From Candidatus Bathyarchaeota archaeon (GTDB taxonomy: Archaea > Thermoproteota > Bathyarchaeia > Bathyarchaeales > Bathycorpusculaceae): a stretch of 64,000 bases of DNA. Where the stretch lies: the NCBI GenBank assembly GCA_963806535.1, contig CAWDYC010000004.1, positions 480,001 through 544,000 of the forward strand, given 5' to 3'. A program made the position numbers and the translations under genes. This document shows positions 32,656 to 43,769 of the stretch, one piece after another. The notes beneath the pieces were generated by a model that was not told the origin of the DNA, made no database searches, and saw only the letters and a list, made by a program, of their open reading frames with translations. Every line of letters starts with the position of its first letter. Positions within the stretch are counted from its first letter, which is position 1.

Positions 32656-33933
32656 ATGATGAGAAGAGCAATCGTTCAATTGGCAACAATTGTTTTGTTG
32701 CTCTTAAGTTTAAGTCTAGTTTTGTTTCAGTTTTCAGATGCTCGATGGACTTTGTTCAGCTCGGTTTCGGGATCAGAAGTTCCAGTCGCTTGGTATTCTC
32801 CAATTGAGTTGCAAACTAACATAACAGGTGAAGCAGGGTACTCGGTTTTCCAGCTTAAAGACGGAAGTTTAGCCCTGAACACGGCTAATCATTCGTGTAC
32901 CTTTCTTGTGAAAATTGACTCTTCAAATCACTTATTGTGGACGAAGCCGATTCAAATTGATCAAAAAAGAACAATTCTTTCCCGTTTTTTACCTACGCTT
33001 GACGGCGGTTTTGCTTTGGCTGGAATTGTAGATAATATGTACACAATAGTAAAAACCGATTCGCAAGGCAACATTCAATGGGTCAAAACGTACAGTTCGG
33101 GAGCTCCCATAAACTATTTTATGTCTATTATTCAAACCCGAGACGGCGGTTTCGCGATTGCTGGGTTTGGCGAGAAAGTTGAAGAAGGCTTGGGCTGGAT
33201 CTGGTCTGCCAAAACTGATTTGTCAGGAGAGATGGAGTGGAATGAGACGCTATCTGGACCCTTAGCCGATTGCCCGTCAACCATTTTTCAAACTTCTGAT
33301 GGCGGTTATGTTATATCCTGTGTGAGCTATTCATTTGATCCAAATCAGGCATTCTTTACGATTATCAAAATGAATGCTGAAGGAAACGTACTTGGGAAAA
33401 CGAGTTACGCTGGTGAGGGCTACTATTTCCAACCCGAATGCAACCTCGCAATAACCACTAGAGACGGCGGATATTTGATGGCGGGTTACCTTTGGCAAAA
33501 AAACGCTTGGATACTTAAAATTGATGCGGAAGGATATATGCAGTGGAACCAAACGTATGGTGCAAGTCGTAGTTCGATAACCGATGTTATAGAAACGCAA
33601 AACGGCGGATACCTTCTGTTGGAGATTTCAAACCTAACCAATGTGGGGATAATCAGAACCGATAATGCAGGCAATCCAATTTGGAATTTGACCCTGCCGG
33701 GAGTCACTTTGCCTGTTGGGTTAGAAGCAAACTTCAACTCATTTATCAGTGCTAAAGACGGTAGTTACATTATGGTGGGTTCGAAAAATCATTCTGTGTG
33801 GCTTGCAAAACTTGGTAATCAACATAACGGATTTGATTTGTTGCAGTTTATGTCAGTTGCGGATGTAGCCCTGGTTGCTGTGGTAATTGTGACAGCTGTA
33901 AAATCTTCTTCTTTGAAAGAAAGAAAAATTTAG
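32656..33933 (+). CDS. Secreted beta-propeller-like repeat protein with a C-terminal anchor
   Basis: Repeats of 'IIQT.DGG(F/Y)..AG....W..KTD..G...WN.T'; signal peptide; C-terminal hydrophobic helix. Confidence 0.75.
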   Translation: MMRRAIVQLATIVLLLLSLSLVLFQFSDARWTLFSSVSGSEVPVAWYSPIELQTNITGEAGYSVFQLKDGSLALNTANHSCTFLVKIDSSNHLLWTKPIQIDQKRTILSRFLPTLDGGFALAGIVDNMYTIVKTDSQGNIQWVKTYSSGAPINYFMSIIQTRDGGFAIAGFGEKVEEGLGWIWSAKTDLSGEMEWNETLSGPLADCPSTIFQTSDGGYVISCVSYSFDPNQAFFTIIKMNAEGNVLGKTSYAGEGYYFQPECNLAITTRDGGYLMAGYLWQKNAWILKIDAEGYMQWNQTYGASRSSITDVIETQNGGYLLLEISNLTNVGIIRTDNAGNPIWNLTLPGVTLPVGLEANFNSFISAKDGSYIMVGSKNHSVWLAKLGNQHNGFDLLQFMSVADVALVAVVIVTAVKSSSLKERKI

Positions 33934-33998
33934 GGATGTAAAAACTCCGGAATTTTTTGCAACTACCTCAATTCGTCAATAAGAAGTTGCTTTGGGTT

Positions 33999-34015
33999 TT
34001 GGATGGAGCATCCAA
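33999..34015. promoter_or_regulatory. Palindrome TTGGATG-gag-CATCCAA upstream of the cobD TATA box
   Basis: Perfect 7-3-7 inverted repeat ending a few bp before AAACCTTTATATG. Confidence 0.45.
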
Positions 34016-34089
34016 CCAAACCTTTATATGATTTACGTTAAAAAGAAACCTACGCATTTCAGCCCCATAGCTGAGGGATTGAAACCTAA

Positions 34090-35224
34090 ATGAAGCCTGC
34101 AGAAAACTTAGCCAAAGAAAGCATAAGAAACCTTAAGCCATGTGTACATGGCGGAGAGGTCTTAGATGCTGCAGGCAAAAGCGGGTTTAAACGAGAAGAA
34201 ATTTTGGATTTTAGCTCAAGCGTCAATCCTCTGGGTCCATCAAAAAAAGCTCTTGAAGCAGCAAAAAAAGCATTCAGCCAAATTCCCGCTTACCCAGATT
34301 CAAATTCTAACGAGTTACGGCAAGCTATCGCCAGCCACTTCAACGGATTAGCCAAAGACAACGTTATTGTCGGAAACGGCTCAACAGAACTTATGTATTT
34401 ATTCGCTGAAACATTTCTAAATAAAGGCGACAAAGTCATTATTCCTGCACCAACATTTGGCGAATACGAAGGTGCAGTTAAAAAAGCAGGCGAAACACCC
34501 AAATTTGTCAAACTAAACAGGGATTTCAATATTGAAGCATCATTTTTTTACAAGTGAAATGGCAGGGGCTAAAATTGTTTTTTTGTGCAACCCAAACAAT
34601 CCAACGAGCATGCTTATTCAACAAGACACAATCATCGGAAATAATTGAGGGCGCCATGAAGCAGAATACCCTTGTCTTTTTAGACGAGGATTTCTTGGAG
34701 TTCGTAGAAAACGAAAAAGCCCTATCAATGATTAACAAAATTCAAGAAGTATCCAAACTTGTTCATTTTGCGGTCTTTCACCAAAATTTTTGGTTTAACA
34801 GGTTTACGTATCGGCTATGGAATTGCCTCTCCCGAAATCATCAGTCTCTTGTCATGCGCCAAGATTCCTTGGAATGTTAATTGTTTAGCACAGGCTGCCG
34901 CAGTTGCTGCGTTGAAAGATGAAGAACATATGCAGATAACAAGGGATCTTATAAAAAAAGAGAAAGCACACTTACTAAGCGAATTAAACAAAATTCAGTT
35001 CGTTCAAGATTTTTCCCGCAGACGCAAACTTTTTCTTTATTGACATCCGAAAATCTGGCTTAACAGCAGCTGAGTTAACAAGTAAACTTTTGAGTCAGGG
35101 CATTTTAATTCGGGATTGCACCTCTTTTAGAGGAGTTGACGAATATTTTGTTCGCGTAGCGGTTAAAACTCGGGTGGAGAATGAGCGTTTGATTGAAGTT
35201 TTGAAGCGGATAGTGAAGAATTAA
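34090..35224 (+). CDS. cobD: L-threonine-O-3-phosphate decarboxylase (PLP), several frameshifts
   Basis: VHGG, LDFSSSVNPLGP, GNGSTEL, CNPNNP (by reframing), RSFTKIFGLTGLRIGY, LIRDC.SF.G; adjacent to cbiB. Confidence 0.8.
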
Positions 35225-35243
35225 CGCGGTTTGATATTGACTT

Positions 35244-36221
35244 ATGTTTGCTTTTGATTTCTCCTGGTTTATTGATTCTGCCCTGATTTTTCTCATTGCC
35301 TTCCTAATAGACGCAATCTTCGGCGAATACCCTGACAGAATTCATCCAACAATTGGAATAGGCAAAATAATTTCTTACCTAAAACCCAAACTAAAAAGCC
35401 CAAACCCCAGAATTGAAAAAGCAAACGGCGTACTCTTAGCCATAGTCGTAATGCTAATTGCGGCGCTTCCCGTGTTTGTGCTGCTTTTCTGGCTTAGGCA
35501 ATCCTTTGGACTTTATGGACAAATAGCTTACATTATTGTTGGTGCAGTTTTGTTCAAAGCCACTTTCGCAGTAACAGGCATGGGGCACTACACTAAACCG
35601 ATTGCTTCAGCTCTGAAAAATAACGATTTAGCAGAAGCCCGCAAATGGCTACCCTTCATCGTTAGACGAGATCCAAACACACTAAATGAAAGACAAATTA
35701 TTTCAGCAGCCGTCGAATCGATTGCTGAAAGCACAACAGACGGCGTAACCGCACCTTTCTTCTTCTTTGCAATATTCGGTGTTCCAGGCGCATTTGCTTA
35801 CCGCGTAATTAACACGTTGGATTCTATGGTTGGCTACAAAAACGTTGAAAACAAAAACATCGGTTGGTTCAGCGCAAAACTTGACACCATAACCAACTAT
35901 ATCCCTGCCCGACTAACAGCTTACCTGATGGTTGCCGCATCATTTCTTTTGAGGGAAAACTGGCGTGAATCATGGCGCATTCTGCAAAGAGACAAGAACA
36001 AAACTGTCAGCATTAATGCCGGCTGGACAATTTCCGCTATGGCTGGTGCATTGGATACTCAATTGGAAAAACAAGGTTGCTACACTTTAGGCGACGACCA
36101 CGGAATTTCGCCTGACCACATTAATAGGGCTTTGCGAGTGATGACCTTGACCGCTGTACTGTTTGGTGTAGTGGTTGTTTTGCCTGTTTTGGCCTTAAGA
36201 GTTTACGTTGTTGGAATTTAG
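35244..36221 (+). CDS. cbiB: Adenosylcobinamide-phosphate synthase CbiB
   Basis: GEYP..IHP, VRRD, AAVESIAE, YRVINTLDSMVGYK, SAKLD..NYIPARL, NAGW. Confidence 0.93.
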   Translation: MFAFDFSWFIDSALIFLIAFLIDAIFGEYPDRIHPTIGIGKIISYLKPKLKSPNPRIEKANGVLLAIVVMLIAALPVFVLLFWLRQSFGLYGQIAYIIVGAVLFKATFAVTGMGHYTKPIASALKNNDLAEARKWLPFIVRRDPNTLNERQIISAAVESIAESTTDGVTAPFFFFAIFGVPGAFAYRVINTLDSMVGYKNVENKNIGWFSAKLDTITNYIPARLTAYLMVAASFLLRENWRESWRILQRDKNKTVSINAGWTISAMAGALDTQLEKQGCYTLGDDHGISPDHINRALRVMTLTAVLFGVVVVLPVLALRVYVVGI

Positions 36222-36370
36222 CGGTCGAAAACAAGTCGCTTTTTGTTTCTGTTTTTGTAAATTTGACTTGACAAATTGGCTTATTTTGGTTCTCAACAAC
36301 GTTAATATTATTTTATCCTGTAATAGCAACATGAGGAGTTCAACTTGTTGATCGCATAAATTATGACAAG

Positions 36371-36709
36371 TTGATTGGGGCGGGGTTGGGTAAAGTGCAC
36401 CTAAAATTGTATGCAATAAAAAAAGGAAAACAAAACCTCGACAGCAGCATCCAACTAGTCGTAGTAGACCTGGACAAGGGCAAATGTTACCCCTTAAACT
36501 TCGTCTGCGTTCTCCCCAGATACCTTCGCTTAGTTGAAAAACGCACCAGCAAATTTGCAAAAATCTTCGGCGCCAAAAGCCTTCGTGTCGCAAAAAATCT
36601 CTTGGTTGAAGCTAAAGATATAGAAGAAAATCCTGAAATCCAAAAAGCAATCAATAAACGCATAAGAGCCATCGAGTCACAACTTGAAAATAAAAAACAA
36701 GCAGCTTAA
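36371..36709 (+). CDS. Hypothetical basic protein
   Basis: 112-aa ORF with VVDLDK..YP.NFVCVLP core. Confidence 0.6.
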   Translation: MIGAGLGKVHLKLYAIKKGKQNLDSSIQLVVVDLDKGKCYPLNFVCVLPRYLRLVEKRTSKFAKIFGAKSLRVAKNLLVEAKDIEENPEIQKAINKRIRAIESQLENKKQAA

Positions 36710-36796
36710 TATTATTGCTAAAATGTTTACCTTCCTTGTCTATTCTAAGCTTAAATTCAAGTCATTGAACTCATATTTTAATTAGGTTTAGGCTGC

Positions 36797-37663
36797 ATGG
36801 CTTTAGAAATTGGAATACTCTTTGCGATAACTGCGATGTTGAGTTGGGGCACAGCTGATTTCTTCGCTAAAAAAGCCATAGATAAAGTTGGATACAAAAC
36901 TTCATTGCTTCTTAATCAATTAGTGGCTTTCATCCCTCTCATTATTTTGTCGGTTATATTCTTTAAATTGCCTCCTCTGTCAGTCGAACTAGTTTTAATA
37001 ACTATTTCAGCTGGAATTTTGGGAATAATCGCCTATATTTTCCTCTATAGAGGCTTTCAGAAAGGCAATGTTTCGGTGGTTTCTCCGATTTCAGCAAGTT
37101 GGTCGGTTATAACAACGATTTTAGCAGTTTTTCTTTTTCAAGAAACACTAACGCTTCTACAAATAGTGGGCATAATCACCGTGTTCATAGGAATTTTCTT
37201 CGCTTCAACAAACTTTGCTGAACTGAAAAAAAGCATCCGGCAAGGAAGGTCAAGCGGCATTTCAGACGGCTTAATATCAATGGCTGCTTGGGGAATCACA
37301 TACACTCTCTTAAGACCAATTACCTTCGCTTTTGGACCACTCATAGCCCTTTTATTTCTCAGAATAACTGCGATTACAATTCTATTCTCCTACACCCAAA
37401 TCAGTAAAACAAAATTTTCATTTCCGACTCAGCTTATCTTTGTTTTTATTGCGCTAGCAGGACTGCTTGATCTTTTGGGGTTTGTAGCGTTCAACTTTAG
37501 CATATCGACCGCGTTTTTGTCCATAGTAGGTCCAGTTGCAGCGACGTATCCTGCGGTAACTGTGGTTCTTGCCTACCTTTTTTTAAAGGAAAAGATTGTT
37601 GGAAATCAAAAGATTGGTGTAATAGCGATTTTGGCGGGGTTAGCTCTTATTTCTTTAACATAG
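36797..37663 (+). CDS. EamA/DMT family transporter
   Basis: 10 TM duplicated fold; VSVVSPI, LF.E / FLKEK..QKIG motifs. Confidence 0.9.
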   Translation: MALEIGILFAITAMLSWGTADFFAKKAIDKVGYKTSLLLNQLVAFIPLIILSVIFFKLPPLSVELVLITISAGILGIIAYIFLYRGFQKGNVSVVSPISASWSVITTILAVFLFQETLTLLQIVGIITVFIGIFFASTNFAELKKSIRQGRSSGISDGLISMAAWGITYTLLRPITFAFGPLIALLFLRITAITILFSYTQISKTKFSFPTQLIFVFIALAGLLDLLGFVAFNFSISTAFLSIVGPVAATYPAVTVVLAYLFLKEKIVGNQKIGVIAILAGLALISLT

Positions 37664-37751
37664 AATAATCCAATAAAAACTGGGAATTTTTTTTGTTATA
37701 TCCCTATAACAGTCACACATTCTTAATTGCATCCTATCCAATTAATAAGCT

Positions 37752-38003
37752 GTGAGCCAAATGGCCGTCAGCGTAAGGCTAGGAATTTTATCGCATATAA
37801 TGCGTTTCTGCGAAACTTCAAAAGACAAGAACAGAATTATGCAAAAAGTAGGTTTGAACGATGTATTAGCAGAATCCTACCTGATAATTCTAACACGTCA
37901 AAGTATGCTAACCCAAAACAATGGAAAATACGTTCTAACTAACAAAGGACAAGGTTACCTTTCATCCTACGATAGACTGCGAAAAATCGAATCTAATTTT
38001 TAG
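37752..38003 (+). CDS. Small winged-helix protein
   Basis: K.RIMQKVGLN...YL..L.....YVLT.KG..YL pattern. Confidence 0.7.
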   Translation: MSQMAVSVRLGILSHIMRFCETSKDKNRIMQKVGLNDVLAESYLIILTRQSMLTQNNGKYVLTNKGQGYLSSYDRLRKIESNF

Positions 38004-38012
38004 ATGAATCGT

Positions 38013-39227
38013 TTACTTTTTTGAGGAAGATAGGAGAAGCGAAATTAGGTAATCATTTGTTACCAGACCAAAACAGCCTTTTTTTGCAGATTCCTCATCA
38101 AACTTCTTAACTCCGTCAGCTTTCAAAGATGGCGATTTAATTGCGAAGGGCACTGGGTCTCTTGTATGTGTTCCTACACTGATGGGTGTAGGGTGATCAG
38201 GCGAAATTGCTATTGTGTATGGTTCTTTTATTCCGTCAAGAATTCTGCCAATCAGCCTCTTATCTAAATCCTCAATTGCCTTCACTTTTAAGCGTAGTCT
38301 CTGCAATGTCCAGCTTCATCTGGTGCTTCCACGTGAACAAAAACTAAGTCATTATTCTTAAGGGCGTTTAACGCGGCATCTGCTTTGCCCTCATAATTGG
38401 TGTTGCTCAACCCAGTTGCTCCTGGAACATTAATGATTTCCATACCTGCATAAATGCCGATTCCTTTTACTAAATCAACAGCAGAAATAACTGCTCCTTT
38501 AAGACCAAACTTTTCCTTCAACGTAGGCATTGCAGGTTTTTTTCCTCCACCCCACGGCCAAATTAGATTGCCCGGATTCTTGCCTGCTTTGACCCGTGCA
38601 ACATTAACTGGGTGAGTTCGAAGAATTCCGCTTGAACGCGAAATTAGCTCTCTTAGCAACCGTGCTGTTTTTTCTGCTTCTGCGGATTTGGCTATTGGCA
38701 TCACTTCTTCAACAACGTACTCCGATTGCATCATGCGGCGGAGTGCATACAATAAGTTCCGGTTTGGGGACGTTGCGCAGAATCAAAAAATGTCTGTAAT
38801 CAAGCCCTGAGTAGAATTCAATTTTGCCCAGTTTACCAAAAGCTTTGTTTATTGAAGCTATTAGTTTGCTTGATTCTTCAGTTGTGATGTGGCCGGCAGA
38901 ATAATCAACGATAAATCCGTCTTTCTCAGTTATCAGATTGCATCTGTAAGCAGCATCGTTCGGTCCAAGTCTTATGCCTCTGGAAGGTGCTTCAAGTGGG
39001 CCTCTGCCAGTGCAGTATATTCTTGGGTCGTAACCTAAAAGTGAACAAATAGCCGTTTCTGAACCTGGAGTTGATTCGTCAGGAACAGTTTTGATAAGTC
39101 CGCTTCTGCCCTGGGCTGCTATTGAATCCATGTTTGGTTTGTTTGCTGCTTGAAGCGGCGTTTTATTTCCCAATTCAGGAATAGGATAATCAGACATTCC
39201 ATCTCCAACAACGAATATGTACTTCAT
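38013..39227 (-). CDS. apgM: Cofactor-independent phosphoglycerate mutase (ApgM family), two frameshifts
   Basis: GDGMSD, KTPLQAA..PNMD, PGSE, GRGPLEA, HVEAPDEAGH, PDHPTP, HTRDPVP. Confidence 0.9.
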
Positions 39228-39443
39228 TAAGTTCAACTCAAAGTTAATTTTTCGTTAGGTATGGCTTAAACCGACGCTTGGTTTACTATTAATTCACAAA
39301 CATATCGTAATGGTGTATTTATTTACTTACTCATTAAAATTCAAACGCATAATGTTTATTTGCTATTGAAGTATGATTATGTTTACTGATAATAAGTGAA
39401 CTGACATTTTTAAAATAGCTTTTACAGAAAAGGACCGATTTTT

Positions 39444-40040
39444 TTGGAAGAAAGCGAATATATTCTTCATATAAACTTTAAAGAAATTAAAGCAGAAATC
39501 GATAGCTTCATGAAAGCAGATAAAAAATTGGCAGAAGAGATTACGGCTTTTATCGTTTGCCTAAAAGAGACGAGCGAAAGAATTGAGCGCACTCTAACTA
39601 AGGAAACTAACAATGAACGGGAACTTTGGGAAGAATATAAGAAGCTTCAAAGAGAAAAACTTGCCGTTTTAGATTTGTCTCATGAATGGGATTATATTGA
39701 CCAAAATTTAAAAGATATTAATCCAAAACTGGATTTTTTGGTTAGAGATGCAATTGAAGAGATAAGTGAGCATGTAAGTGTATTTGCGGAATCTCGGCGT
39801 GCTCACATCGATATCTTAGAAATCTATAACACCCGCAAAATCGCAATTTTAGCTCTAATCATAACAACAATAATCTCATATTTGGCAGTTTGGGAATTCT
39901 TCGTAAGAGATCTAATAGCGAACATAGTTTTTCCTAATAGGTTTAGCCCCAGCTTGAACTACTTGCTAGTGATAATTACGTTATTGCCTGTTTTTGCAAC
40001 AGTAGGATGGGCTTGGTTTAAACGAGAAATTTACTTTTAA
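39444..40040 (+). CDS. Hypothetical coiled-coil protein with two C-terminal TM helices
   Basis: Acidic helical N-terminus followed by two hydrophobic helices. Confidence 0.6.
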   Translation: MEESEYILHINFKEIKAEIDSFMKADKKLAEEITAFIVCLKETSERIERTLTKETNNERELWEEYKKLQREKLAVLDLSHEWDYIDQNLKDINPKLDFLVRDAIEEISEHVSVFAESRRAHIDILEIYNTRKIAILALIITTIISYLAVWEFFVRDLIANIVFPNRFSPSLNYLLVIITLLPVFATVGWAWFKREIYF

Positions 40041-40051
40041 AAATTGTTAGC

Positions 40052-40534
40052 TTAGTTGTTGGCTTTGTCGCAATTTGGGCAAAAGGTTCCTTTTTCAATT
40101 CTTGTTCCGCAGAATTTGCAATTTATCGGTTGAAGATTCTGAGGCGCGCTATTTAGCTCCTTTTGAACTGCAATAAGGTGATCTAGTTTAGACATGGTTT
40201 GTGTGTGGCTTGCTATTAATGATTGCCGTTCATTTTGCATTCTAATTTGAAGCTCTTCTAAGTTTTTTGCAAAAGCGGCATTTGTTAATTGCCGTTCAAT
40301 CTGAAAATTCGAGATTAGTTTGTTAGAGTTTAATTTTACAAATCCAAAAACCACAACTGCTTGTCCAATAGATTGTATTACGGCCCCGAATATCAATGTG
40401 CTTTGGGCGTTTGGAGAGATTTGTGAGACTAGGCCAATCAAAGTATTCTCTTGCAAGATTATAAGTAGTCCAATAACAAAGCAGGCTAGCCCTAATATTA
40501 TATAGGCTCTTGGCGGAAAAACAAAAGATTTCAT
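40052..40534 (-). CDS. Two-TM membrane protein with a coiled coil and C-terminal zinc ribbon
   Basis: CKFCG..FCPNC at the C-terminus. Confidence 0.7.
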   Translation of the reverse strand: MKSFVFPPRAYIILGLACFVIGLLIILQENTLIGLVSQISPNAQSTLIFGAVIQSIGQAVVVFGFVKLNSNKLISNFQIERQLTNAAFAKNLEELQIRMQNERQSLIASHTQTMSKLDHLIAVQKELNSAPQNLQPINCKFCGTRIEKGTFCPNCDKANN

Positions 40535-40788
40535 TTATCGTTTCTCCTAAATAATGTATAAACAACCGCTTGTATGCTTAAAAGAAATTGTGACTACACG
40601 TTAACAACCACAAACTCTTTTATCAGTTTAGCCCTCAGACGCCAGATCTGAGTTTAACCAAGTACACCAATTTTTGCAGTACAAGTTGCCAAGCGGTTGT
40701 GACTACCCTCATACAACAACAAAGTTATTTATTAAAAAATCGGATAGGTAATACCTCATAATAAAACAATGTAGGAGAATTTTGTAAG

Positions 40789-41124
40789 ATGCTTGAAGGT
40801 TGGGAATGGATTATCATTGGTGTCGTTGCAATCGTTATCATCATGTGGGGTCCAGCAAAGATTCCAGAGTTTGCAAAGGCATTGGGCAGAGCTAAAGGCG
40901 AATTCAGTAAGGCGCAGAAGGAATTTACTGATGCTGCAACAACTACAGTTGCTACAACAAACAACGCTTCTGTTGTTGAATATAGACCTGCACCTGCAAT
41001 TAAGTCTAAGGATGAGTTGTTGCTTGAGACCGCTCAGAAACTTGGGATACCTACTGACGGTAAAACTAGGGAGCAAATATCTGAAGAAATATCCGTTAAG
41101 GTAAAATTGCTAGGTGCCAGCTAA
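40789..41124 (+). CDS. tatA: Twin-arginine translocase TatA
   Basis: GWEWIII..WGPAKIPEFAKALGRAKGEF; upstream of tatC. Confidence 0.92.
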   Translation: MLEGWEWIIIGVVAIVIIMWGPAKIPEFAKALGRAKGEFSKAQKEFTDAATTTVATTNNASVVEYRPAPAIKSKDELLLETAQKLGIPTDGKTREQISEEISVKVKLLGAS

Positions 41125-41362
41125 GCCCTTAATAGCCTTTTTTTCTCTCTCGAAAGTGGGTCAAAAAAGTTAATCGATTGTTTAGAGTGAACTGTGGAAT
41201 TGACGCTTGGATTGAACGGGAGTTACTTAATTTCAAAAGTAATTGATGTAACCGTTTGTTGCAAAGGCTTTCAATTAACTGCTAATAATTTAGCAAAACT
41301 TCGAATTGACAGTGAACATTCTGATTGCCGTCTTTGTTTGAAGAAGTAGGACCGGAATAGTT

Positions 41363-42289
41363 ATGAGCGATGAATCTTCGTCACCATTCAAGGGCTGGGC
41401 TACTAGCTTCTGGGAGCATATGGATGAGCTAGTACGCCGCTTCAAAATAGTGCTGGTTGCTCTTATTGTTGCAACCATAGTTGGATGGTTGCCTACTAAT
41501 ATTGCTGGTTTAACCAACCCTTTAGGCGGTTACCAGCCCCTTCTTTCACTAGTAATGCTTCATATAAAAGCTGTTTTTCTTCCAACTCAAGCAACCTTAA
41601 TTGCTGGCGGATTAGGAGATACCGTCTTCGTCATGGCTTACCTATCCATAGTAATAGGTCTGCTCTTGGCTTCTCCAGTAATATTTTACGAAGTTGTTGC
41701 CTTTATCAAACCTGCTCTGTATGAAAATGAAAAGAAAGTTCTCGGATACTACTTGGGATCCTTTATCGGTCTTTTAATTTTAGGAGCCGCTATGGCATAT
41801 TTCCTCATAATTCCCATATCTTTTAGAATATTAGTTTATTTTACAATGCAAGGTGGCGCGGTTCCCTTCATTTTTATTAAGGATTTCTACAGCTGGATTT
41901 TTACTCTTTTTGTAATTTGCGGAGTTTTCTATACAATTCCAGTATTCCTTACAATGCTAGTTCACATAGGAGTTTTACCTATAAGATATTTGAAAGGCAA
42001 AAACAAGATTATCGCTTATGTTATAATTCTTATGGTGTTTTGGATTTTTGGACCTGACCCTACTCCTATTACAGGATTAATTATGTTGGCGCCTTTTGTG
42101 TTTGTATTTGAAACAGCAACGTACTTTGCGCGACGAATTGACAGAACACGCAAAAGAAGAAAAGCGGAAGCTGGCGGTACATCGCTTGTATTTCAGCCGA
42201 GTTTTTCTAAATCTGCTTGTAAATTCTGTAACTACCCGGTTGATCATGGAGTAGTATTTTGTCCCGGATGTAACCGATCAATGAAGTAA
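41363..42289 (+). CDS. tatC: Twin-arginine translocase TatC with a C-terminal zinc ribbon
   Basis: FWEHMDELVRR, ASPVIFYE..FIKPALYENEK, PDPT; tail CKFC..FCPGC. Confidence 0.88.
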   Translation: MSDESSSPFKGWATSFWEHMDELVRRFKIVLVALIVATIVGWLPTNIAGLTNPLGGYQPLLSLVMLHIKAVFLPTQATLIAGGLGDTVFVMAYLSIVIGLLLASPVIFYEVVAFIKPALYENEKKVLGYYLGSFIGLLILGAAMAYFLIIPISFRILVYFTMQGGAVPFIFIKDFYSWIFTLFVICGVFYTIPVFLTMLVHIGVLPIRYLKGKNKIIAYVIILMVFWIFGPDPTPITGLIMLAPFVFVFETATYFARRIDRTRKRRKAEAGGTSLVFQPSFSKSACKFCNYPVDHGVVFCPGCNRSMK

Positions 42290-42471
42290 TTTTGATCTTA
42301 CCTGTAACTATAGAACTGCAAACTAGGGCAAAGAAGGCTATTCATACATGCGTTGAGCGCGTTAAATGCCATTGAAGAAAAATAGCAAAAGTAGCGACTG
42401 TTCCATGCGTTAGGTAGTAAATGTTTACTTTTTGCAAAACTTTTTTAAAATGATTAAGAAGGTGAAACGTG

Positions 42472-43623
42472 TTAGATAGGTTTTGGAGGTTCAGGTTCTA
42501 TTGTGGTCTCAGGTTTTTTACGAGAAAAGATTAGGCTTGTGGACTTAACAATCTGAGGTACTCCTGCAAGATCTTCGAAAATAAGTAGACCGCGGGCAAG
42601 CAAAGCAAATACGCCTGCTAACGGAGCAGCCACTCCTAAAAGCCCAAAGATTCCAACAATACCAAATTCTTGCACACCTATACCCGCTGGAGTTATCGGC
42701 ACGAAGGCTAAGGCAGTTACCAGAGGGTGAATTAAGAAGTATGCTATCCACGGTATCTGCGTGATTCCTAAGGCGTAACCTAAAAAGTACCATTCAAAAC
42801 CTTTTAGTATCCAGCATATTACGGTCAAAGTAACTATTTCCGGGATTGCTCTGCTTGTGCTGTTGGCGCTTACTTTGTATTCTTCAAGCCTTCCCATTAA
42901 GCCGCCTGTGAATCTTTTGAGGTAGCGCGAGTTTGCAATTCGGTCAAATATTGAGATGGCTCGTTTAGACCATGTGAAGGCTGCAAGAACAATAGCTCCA
43001 ACCATCATTAAGCTGACGCCAAGTACCGCAATTAGTAGTCCTATGTTTACACCTGCAATTTGTGTAGGAAAAATATTATTCCAAGTTTGAGCGGGCACAA
43101 ACTCTACCAAATAAATTATAGCGCCTACTCCGCCAATTACTTTAATCAGAAATTCAAATGTTTGAATGCCAAGAACGCTCGAGAGACTTTTTGAAGTAGG
43201 GACATCTTGATCCCTCAAGTAAACTGGCGTGAGAATGTAACCTGAACGTCCTGGAGTAACGTCGCTAGTTAGCATGCCTGCATACTGGGCAAGCAAAGTT
43301 TTTCCAAACGATGTTTTTACTCCGTTTTTGCTAAGCACCCGTCTGAGTCGCACTGCGAAAAGAACGTTTATTCCAAAGTACATTAGAAAAGCGAGGAGCA
43401 GATACTCAATTTTTATTGTGAGAATTGTGGTGTAGATATAGTCAACACCTTTTAGGATTGTCATTTCTCCCGGTTTAAAGGTTGAGGGAACAGTTGTCCC
43501 GATGTAATAAAGTAGTCCGGCTAAAATCGCCACCATGAACACTACTTCAAGAGTATACTTGAGAATTTGCCGTAAACGAGATGATTTCTGCTTCTGTTGG
43601 ATCGGAATGTCTGCTGATGCCAT
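42472..43623 (-). CDS. Lysylphosphatidylglycerol-synthase-TM / UPF0104 flippase-like membrane protein
   Basis: TPGRSG, PITPAGIGVQE motifs; about 8 TMs. Confidence 0.85.
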   Translation of the reverse strand: MASADIPIQQKQKSSRLRQILKYTLEVVFMVAILAGLLYYIGTTVPSTFKPGEMTILKGVDYIYTTILTIKIEYLLLAFLMYFGINVLFAVRLRRVLSKNGVKTSFGKTLLAQYAGMLTSDVTPGRSGYILTPVYLRDQDVPTSKSLSSVLGIQTFEFLIKVIGGVGAIIYLVEFVPAQTWNNIFPTQIAGVNIGLLIAVLGVSLMMVGAIVLAAFTWSKRAISIFDRIANSRYLKRFTGGLMGRLEEYKVSANSTSRAIPEIVTLTVICWILKGFEWYFLGYALGITQIPWIAYFLIHPLVTALAFVPITPAGIGVQEFGIVGIFGLLGVAAPLAGVFALLARGLLIFEDLAGVPQIVKSTSLIFSRKKPETTIEPEPPKPI

Positions 43624-43769
43624 GTTCCTCAAACATAAGCTTTGACGGTTAAATCTCTTATGGAAAACTTTGACATGTTTGTAATGAAAATTTAGTTGAA
43701 GTTTTTTGCTTGCAAAATTATTTCAGGTTCTGTTGCATAGGAATGGTTAATTTTGGTGCTCATTTTTCT

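Noticed and set aside
32656-32700. MMRR start as a Tat signal peptide
   Set aside because: It lacks the S/T-R-R-x-F-L consensus and looks like an ordinary Sec signal
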